This document shows positions 54,530-64,000 of a stretch of 64,000 nt of DNA, piece after piece. Origin of the DNA: Eledone cirrhosa. Taxonomy: Eukaryota. Both the position numbers and the translations under genes were made by a program. Below the pieces are notes generated by a model. That model searched no databases and had not been told where the DNA came from. It worked only from the letters and a program-made list of their open reading frames with translations. The first letter of the stretch is position 1. The number at the start of each line of letters is the position of its first letter. The stretch covers positions 281,232,001 through 281,296,000 of the forward strand of contig OZ024743.1 of assembly GCA_964016885.1 (NCBI GenBank). Reading direction: 5' to 3'.

Positions 54530-57051
54530 TCTACACGGTACATCTCAGCCAGTGAAGCATTCTGGAGAATCTATAAATTTCCATTACATCATCGAAAACC
54601 GCCAGTAGAAAAGTTGCTTTGCCATTTACCTGGGGAACAAATGGTCGTGTATGAGCGAGGGCAGGAAGAAAGTATTGTTTCTAGGAGACAGCCAATGACT
54701 AAGTTGACGGAATATTTTCAACTCAATATTAGATACCGACTGGCACAAAACATATTGTATATTGATATTCCTAAATATTTCACTTGGACAAACAAAAAGT
54801 GGCAAAGAAGAAAAAAGGGACATCTGGATGGTGATCAATAATTTATGAGTGAATCTCTTGGATGCATTCCAACAGTATCTCTCAGTAGACATCAATCTGA
54901 ATTATATTACCTCAGAATGATCCTACATCACAAGGCTAGGTCAATTTCATACAAAGATTTGAGGACAATTGAAGGAGTTGAATTTCCAACATTCCAAGAA
55001 GCATGCAGGAAACTTGGTCTGTTAGATGAAGATGGAGAAAAAGACAAAGCTATGGAAGAGGCGTCATCCATTACGCTTGGTCCTCAGCTGCGAGAGATCT
55101 TCTGCACCATTTTATTGTACAGCATGCCAAATGACCCTCTGCAGTTCTGGGAGAAATGGAAGAATTGTCTTGCAGAGGATACCATGTATGAACGTCATGA
55201 GCAAGTCATGTCCATGCAAACCGTGCAGATTGTTCTACAGAAGATCCAACAAAGACCTCAACATGATGGCTTGGACATTCATGCCAACTATAGACTTCCT
55301 CGGCCAGACCCAACTAATATTGCCATACCAGAAATCAACAGGGTTCTTATGGCAGAAAGTGATTTTAATACATACCAACTGCAAGCAAACAAATGAACTT
55401 TTGCCAACATTGAATCCTGAGCAACTGGTTATTTTTCACAAAGTAATCACCTCTGTAAATGAAAATGAAGGCAGAATTTTCTGCTTGAATGCAAGTGCAG
55501 GTACAGGAAAGATCTATGTCATAAACATCCTATTGGATAACCTCCTATCTAAAAAAAAAAAATTGCACTTGCCACTGCCATATCTGGAATAGCAGCCACT
55601 TTGCTTCACAAAGGTAGAACTCTTCATTCCAAGTGCAAGATTCCTCTCAATGTGACTGCTGAATCAACTTGCTTCTTCACAAAGAGGGATGATACAGGTA
55701 AACTTATGCAGCAAGCTGACCTGCTAATCATTGATGAGATAGGTATGGGACATAAGCATATCTTTGAATGCCTTGACAGGAGCTTCAAAGATGTTCGAGA
55801 TTGCAAAAAGCCATTTGGTGGTCTAACAGTATTGCTATCTGGTGAGTGGAAGCAAATTCTTCCAGTTGTATGTCATGGTGCTAGACCACAAATAGTTGAG
55901 GCAACCATCAAGAGATCCTATATCTGGGACTATGTGGAAACCATGGAGATGACAACCACAAACCCACTATGGCTTGCAAATAGAGCCATTATCACGCCAA
56001 CAAATAATGCAGCAAGATTGGCGAATGAGTTCATGATCAACAAGTTCCCTGGTCATGAAATAATCTACAGAAGCTCTGATACAGTAGATAATGAACTGCA
56101 ATATCCAATTGAGTTCATCAACAAACTTACCCCATCAGGCTTCCCAACACACATACTTAAACTGAAGAAAAGCAGTTGCATCATGCTTCTAAGAAATCTG
56201 GATCCTCTAAACGGGCATTGCAATGGTGCACGCTACATCATCATCAGTTTACATAATCATGTAATTGAAGCTGAAGTGGCACTGGGTCCCAATGCTGGAA
56301 CAAGATTGCTAATCCCAAGGATATCACATGTATCTCAAGAGCTTGAGTTCCCTTTCACCTTTACACGCAAGCAATTTCCTGTCAAACCAGCCTTTGCCCT
56401 TACATGCAACAAGGCACAAGGGCAGACATTTGTAAAGATAGGTGTATATCTACCAACACAATTCTTCTCATGGTCAGATGTATGTTGCATTATCATGAGT
56501 TACAGAAAAAGAAAATATAAAAATATTAAATGAAAGGGGTCTGTTTGCTGACAACTGTGTCTACAGAGAAATTCTACAGTGATGTGAAACAGTTATCACT
56601 CTCTTTTAGTTGAAATGCATTTCAGTTACTTTTTAACTGCTAGAAAATGGACACTACAAAAACTTAAGAAGTCTATATGTGAATACAGTAAAACAACAAT
56701 ATAGCGAAGGTCAACTCTTCATATTGGTAAATGTAATTCATTCATTCATACCAGCAGCATCTATTTTCAAATTCACTGCTTGAAGCTTCCCATAGATATT
56801 CTCAAGTGAAGATTCATGAACATTTTCTGTCAACAGTTTCGTCGCTTTTCCATCTCCATTATCGCCTTTTTTTTAAATGTATCTTGGATTACTTTACTGA
56901 TTACAGAAGTAAGTGTAACACAGACTTTGTTCAGTTTATGTACATATTGTCAATTTACGTATTATATCTATGTGCATATATATTTGCGTATATCAATATA
57001 CACACTATATATGCTAGCAGAAAATCGTCCGAAGGGCGGTTCTTCTACTAA
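54530..57051 (+). mobile_element. 5'-truncated Helitron (Rep C-terminal region plus Pif1 helicase, frameshifted)
   Basis: RYISASEAFWRI, ELYYLRMIL..TFQEACRKLGLL, ASAGTGK, GRTLHS, LIIDE, PFGG..QILPV, RKQFPVKPAFALTCNKAQGQT; 3' hairpin CGTCCGAAGGGCG followed by CTAA|T at 57048-57052. Confidence 0.93.
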
Positions 57052-57194
57052 TATATATAATAAATGTAATCTGAGTTTTTTGAATATTAATAATAACATC
57101 CGATTGGTTTGCAATTATACAAACAAGCCTCATTTTTAAAGCCATGTCAATAAAAAGAGCCCATCATTCTTGCTCTTGTGTTGGCATGCAAACA

Positions 57195-57244
57195 GAACTG
57201 TAGACACTAATGTTTCTGGGTATTACCCTTCATCAGTGCAGTTC
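57195..57244 (-). ncRNA. Type I hammerhead
   Basis: GAACUGCA-CUGAUGA-a GGGU aau ACCC a-GAAA CAUUAGUG UC^UACAGUUC. Confidence 0.75.
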
Positions 57245-57307
57245 ACTGTTCACCTGCCAACTGTCAGAGCTAGTGAAAATATATGATATTTTCTAAAATA
57301 TACAGTG

Positions 57308-57415
57308 ACTGATCGGCCTGATTTGCATATTAGCAGACTAGCTGATCAGTCAGATCTGCATATTAGCAGATCCACTGATCAGCCACATTTGCATATCAGC
57401 AGACTGGCTAGTCAG
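57308..57415 (+). repeat. 33-bp tandem (three copies) containing ATTTGCAT
   Basis: CTGATC.G.C...AT(T/C)TGCATAT.AGCAGA units. Confidence 0.75.
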
Positions 57416-57423
57416 TTTTTTTT

Positions 57424-57489
<66 letters not shown>

Positions 57490-57708
57490 GAAGAAGTGAA
57501 TTTGAATCTTACATAATTTTATTGATTAAGATTCAAATACACTGACCCTTCATTATTATATTAGTACTTCGTGGTGCGCGAACCAGTGTAAATGCATCAA
57601 CCTGGAAAGTAAATGACGTCGAATGCTCAATACTGTTTACACGCATAGTTAGGTGATCAACGAGTACAACTTGGAAACCAACAACGGATTAACTAACACC
57701 AAGGAACT

Positions 57709-57752
<44 letters not shown>

Positions 57753-57960
57753 AGATGATATATAGAAAGGAACACTTTTACGATTAGTATCAGAGGTGTC
57801 CGAAAATTAACAGATTTAACAGATTTTCAGCTGCTATCAGAGAATTTCAGAATATCTCTAGTGATTCCTCTTTGTTTTGTTTTTTTGCTTTCCTATCTCA
57901 CCGAAATACTTTATCTGAGCTTGACCCATGGCCTCTTCGATACTATATACATACATACAT

Positions 57961-58052
<92 letters not shown>

Positions 58053-58145
58053 ATATATATATATATGTACATATATATATATATGTACATACATATATAT
58101 ATATGCATGTGTGTATGTGTGTATGTATGTATGTATGGATGGATG

Positions 58146-58200
<55 letters not shown>

Positions 58201-58343
58201 TTTAAATTTTCAGTTCAGAAAATAAACATTATAAACGGGTATTAGATTTCGGGATGTTGCAATGTTTCTTATCAGAGAGAAAAGAATTGTTCAGAGATAA
58301 GCAATTACAGCATCGTAAAAATACACGTACATATATATATACA

Positions 58344-58427
<84 letters not shown>

Positions 58428-58446
58428 TAGATAGATATGTATGTAT

Positions 58447-58507
<61 letters not shown>

Positions 58508-58529
58508 GATAGATAGATATGTATGTATG

Positions 58530-58577
<48 letters not shown>

Positions 58578-58838
58578 GAGAGAGAGAGAGAGCGAAAGAG
58601 AGATACATACATACATACCTACAGAAGCACATAAATAGACACATGTATAAATATATGTATGTATGTATGTGTGTGTGTATGTATATATGTGTGTGTATAC
58701 GTATGTATTTATATACAGATATAGATATATACATACACATCTACATATACATACATACATATATAGATGCATATATATATACATATATAGAGAGAGAGGG
58801 AGAGATACATAAATATATATATATATACATACATGCAC

Positions 58839-58878
<40 letters not shown>

Positions 58879-59714
58879 ATGCATATAATATTTGTGTATT
58901 TTGCGTATGTACGCCTGTGTGAATACGTAATACGTGTGTAGTAATGAAACAAACACACATACACAAATACACACATACACACATACACGTATGCACACAT
59001 ACACTGGAGGCTCGCCAGAAAAGGAAAAATATTTACACGAATCTTCATTGTTTTCCCGGGCAGTCATTTGTCTTAAATACTTTTATCAGAAATAACGTTA
59101 TTTAATTTCAATAAAACAGACGACAGACTTTACTGCACTTTCTTTATTTCTTTTTTTTTTCTTCCTCCTTTCCTTCTTTCTGTCTTATTGTTTTGTTGTT
59201 ATCTCACAAGATGTAGCCATAAGCAATAGAATCAGTGTGGAATTATTTTCACGTTTAACTCAATGCAAACAGAAATGAAATATTTATCTAATCGCTAGTA
59301 TTCACGTTAATATTCATTTATCTTTATTATAACAGATTTAGATTGGCGTAACTGGTTATTTTTCCTGTTTTTATTTATGATATATTCCTATTTTTTCTGT
59401 TCAATTGTTCCTTTATTTGTGTGAGGAGGTTGTTGGTTTATAACTTACTTTATTTGTTTTGATACTTTTGCTAGGATTCTGTGTTGTAAGATAGAACCTG
59501 CGATCACATGGTGGTGAAGTGATCTTCTTAACCACACAGCCATAACTTACTAATTGTTTTTTGTTTCTTGTTGTTGTTTTTATCGACCATGGAACGATGA
59601 AAGGTAAAATCGACCCGGCGAACCTTTAACTCGTAAAGGAACATAACTGTATATAGTGAGATAGTCTCTCAGGCTCTCTATACATTCTGCCAAACCAATG
59701 CCTTTAATGCTACT

Positions 59715-60120
59715 CTTACTGCTGGAAGATGGTGTTCATGATGACGAGTTGATGCTCCGAGCAGAACTACAACAGCAAACACCCGTTATAGTTGCAGTTA
59801 CCAACGCCATGTCTCCCAAGCACTCTCTTCCAGGCCACAGAATCTCGGCACACTGTGGCATTGAAATCACCAAGGATTATGACCTTATCGTTGGCATAGA
59901 GATGATACGGTCACAATGACCTGTTGGTAGGTTTTCAATCTTGGACGCGATAGAGTTCCTGATCATGAAGCCCACGCCTGAACGGCATCCCTCTGTTGGT
60001 GGTTTGCCTAACCAGTAGAGGATGTATACGGTGCCGTGCTCTTGTAGGCTGCCTTACCCTGGGGAGAGGACTCCTCTGAGAGCAGCGATGTCAACATTCA
60101 GTCTTGATAGCTCATGTGCT
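59715..60120 (-). mobile_element. RTE-clade LINE AP-endonuclease fragment
   Basis: [49 protein letters not shown] in shifted frames. Confidence 0.8.
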
Positions 60121-60207
60121 AATTTGCATGTTATTAGCGCCCACTGGTAATTAATTTTGATATATATTAAATTGTGCGCTCAGCAGTTGAAGTATATAAT
60201 AAATTTA

Positions 60208-60254
<47 letters not shown>

Positions 60255-60260
<6 letters not shown>

Positions 60261-60790
60261 GACAGAGGTAACCGAGGCTGTGTAAATGTTTATTTCCATT
60301 AACATATTGAGTATATAGGCATATAAGCATGCCAAATATGGGTATTTCCGTGTAAATTGAAAAATAATAAGTCATTTCAATCGATTTTCTAACCTTTTTT
60401 GATTTCTCATCAGAAGATATTAATTAGTCGTATACTTCGGCTCCTTAGTGCACAACTTAATATATATATATATAAATTAACTAACACGATGAGCACTAAA
60501 TAATATGTAAATTAGTAAATCCATTTCAAGATACTACTAAACGTGATAAAGTAGATAAGCCACTCAGTTACATATTTCCTTGTGTTTGTTTAGATGATAG
60601 ACATATCTTCTGATAACAACCCCAAAAGGCTCGAAAATCAATTAAAGAAACGTATCGTTTTTTTTTTTAAACATTTACAAGGAATACGTGAATTTGGCAT
60701 GTTTACATGTCCATATTCTCTATGTGTAAATTTATATACACATTTACACAGTCGCGATTTACTTCTGTACTATATACAGTATATATACAA
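60255..60790. repeat. Diverged inverted-arranged relative of 3390-3865
   Basis: TTTAC..GGAA..GGCATGTTTACAT motif on + at about 60673-60708 and on - at about 60325-60358. Confidence 0.45.
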
Positions 60791-61074
60791 AGTGTTAAAA
60801 GAATCAAATTTTAGTTTACAACATTTATTTGCTGTCAGTTGTTTCTTCCAGAGGGAAGTCTGGAATTATCGGAGCATAGGGAATGTCGAAACATGTGACT
60901 AAAATGCTAAAATTTGCATTGAGCCTTTTGCCATACCGGTAACCGGCTAGTACTTAGTACTACCCTCCATATTTATAGTTGTATTACACATATATAAATA
61001 TTCTTATTACTATATATATAGTACAAAATATATATATAAATTTATGATATACTTTGGCTACACAACGCACAATA

Positions 61075-61143
<69 letters not shown>

Positions 61144-61323
61144 TTAGTAGTATAATTTAGATTCTCATACATAAACATGTATGTAGTAAATATAGTTAGT
61201 AGAAAGATATATATGATTTCAAACACATTCTCTCTTTCCCTCTCTGTTCTTCTCTCTCTCTCCCTCTCTTTCTTTCTGTTACATTGTATACTAACACATA
61301 CGCGCACACCATACATGTGTATG

Positions 61324-61355
<32 letters not shown>

Positions 61356-61513
61356 CAAACACACACACTTATATATGCATTCACACACGCACCTACACAA
61401 AGAGAGAAAGAGAGAAAAAACCCATCATTAGTTATCACATTTTTCCTTCCAGATGTAATATTTACATATATGTATAGTCGGATAATATGCATACCCCGCA
61501 CACACACGCACGC

Positions 61514-61581
<68 letters not shown>

Positions 61582-61755
61582 CTTTACTACATCCACCATA
61601 TTTCCACCACCGCCACCACCAACACCATCACCCCTCATCATAATTCAACATTCTCATTCATTATCTCTACATTTTTACATTGCTTCTCACTCACATACAC
61701 ACCCACATGCATGCACACACATGCATGCATTACACGCATACACACACATACATAG

Positions 61756-61815
<60 letters not shown>

Positions 61816-62396
61816 GGGGGGGGAGAGAGAGAGAGGCACACACACATACACCTCATATTTTACTGCCCCTTACATACACATACAAAGACACAAATACATG
61901 CATACATTCATACATACATTCATACATACATGCATACATACATACTTACATGCATGCGTACATACATAAATACATGCATACATACATACTTACATGCATG
62001 CATACATACATAAATACCTGCATACATACATACATACATACGTACATGCATGTACGCATGCAAGCATACATACATACATATTTACATACATACACGCACG
62101 CACGCATACATATATTCATACATACATACGTACATTCATACATACACACACGCACACAACCACATACCTTACACCTCCCCTTTTCATTGTGACTTCTTTT
62201 CGTTTCGTCTGTTTTTTGGTTTACTCCGCCCTTTTTATTTTTTTTTATTTTTCATGTTTCAAACATCTTCTTCGCGTTCGTTCTTTCCTTCCTTCGTTCA
62301 TTTGTTTATCATATTTGTTTGCTTGTTTTGTGGATGTCTTTTTAGTTTTATTTCTTTTACATATGTTATTGGTGATTCTAGTTGTTGTTGTTGTAG

Positions 62397-62427
<31 letters not shown>

Positions 62428-62576
62428 CCTTATTACTATGTACTCGTTTTTTTGTTTATTTATTTATTGTCAATAGTATTGCTGTTAGTTGATGGTGTTT
62501 CCCCTCCTTCATCTATATATATATATATGTGTGTGTGTGTGTGCGTGTGTGTGTAGATGTATAAATATATATATAC

Positions 62577-62632
<56 letters not shown>

Positions 62633-62643
62633 ATGTATGTAGA

Positions 62644-62756
<113 letters not shown>

Positions 62757-62801
62757 TTATATATATATATGTTTTTATATATTCATTTATATATATATAT
62801 A

Positions 62802-62859
<58 letters not shown>

Positions 62860-62997
62860 CAATCTGTTAGTTCTTCCTTGTTACTCCCGCCTTTGCCTTT
62901 TTAATTCACTCTCAATGCAAATCACTATTTTCGCCACGAAAAATAAAATAACAAAAATAATAGCAACAACGACAACACAAACCAAAACTAAAGAAAA

Positions 62998-63044
<47 letters not shown>

Positions 63045-63418
63045 TGCGCGCGCGCATGCAGTGAGAGAAAAACAAGCAAGCAAGCAAAGAATGGAGAGCT
63101 TTTTTATGGTGGTGTGGTGTAGTGGTGGTGATGTTATAGCGTTGTTGTGTTGTGTTGTGGGAAGTGGACATTATCGAGAAAGAAGAGCATTTGTTTTGGT
63201 GGAAATAAATAAATAATAACTAAATAAATAAATGCAAAAAAAAAAACTAAGAGGAATGTTAATTCTAGCTTTTTTGCAGCACGGTTTAACATTTTGGCAC
63301 ATTGACGCTTGTGCTAAATGACTTATAACAGAAGGTGTATCTGCTGAGAAGTTGGCAGAAAGACATTCTTGATACATTATTATTACTGAACTTGGACAGT
63401 GAAAATGAGAGAAAGAAA

Positions 63419-63472
<54 letters not shown>

Positions 63473-63651
63473 GGGGGGTGATAGATATGGGAAGATTATG
63501 AGGAAAGTAGTTGAATGAAAGCAAAGAATGGAAGTTATACAGATAGTTTGATATATACATACACAATTAGGTAGATATATAGAGAGATTGGGTGGAGAGA
63601 GATAGACAACCTGATACAGATACATAGATAGATAAACAGAGACAGACAGAC

Positions 63652-63721
<70 letters not shown>

Positions 63722-64000
63722 GTAAAACAAAAAATACAAATATGTAGAAAGATAGTTCGAAAATGATAGAGGGTGAAATAATATAGAAATATTGACGAAA
63801 AGAACGACAAAAAGGGGGGGAAATTGGTCTAGAAGGAAAAAAGTTGATGGTGGTGAAAAGAAAGGAACGAACGCACGCCCGTAATGTTGACCGGTCATAA
63901 CTAATAGGAGTAAACAGAAGAGAAAATGCCCTTGTGGCTAGTTGTATTCTATAGTGGTGAAGGGGTAAGCGGGAAATAGCAATGTTCGTTCGATAACAGA

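Noticed and set aside
60365-60420. CTGATGAG...GAAA on the minus strand
   Set aside because: Stems I and III cannot be formed

Overview
Gene-free, AT-rich, microsatellite-saturated animal genomic DNA. The SINE and repeat landscape resembles a coleoid cephalopod such as Octopus (inference). No host protein-coding exon is supported, and nearly all listed ORFs are (TA)n/(CA)n/(GA)n artefacts. Real coding remnants are all transposon-derived: three Penelope-like elements (PLE; RT and/or GIY-YIG), a mariner, Tx1/L1 and RTE LINE fragments, and a 5'-truncated Helitron. There are also many tRNA-derived Deu/Nin-type SINEs and MITEs. The main result from reading by eye is about 30 type I hammerhead ribozyme (HHR) motifs. 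They belong to many unrelated short non-coding elements inserted in (TA)n tracts as partial-tandem and fold-back arrays. They show palindromic stem III (dimer-type), a recurrent U3-A8 core variant, a recurrent U-U at the base of stem II, covariation between copies, and inversion junctions that repeatedly fall on HHR stem II. This looks like a large non-autonomous PLE-dependent, retrozyme-like system. All structures were folded by eye; no activity data or database searches were available.
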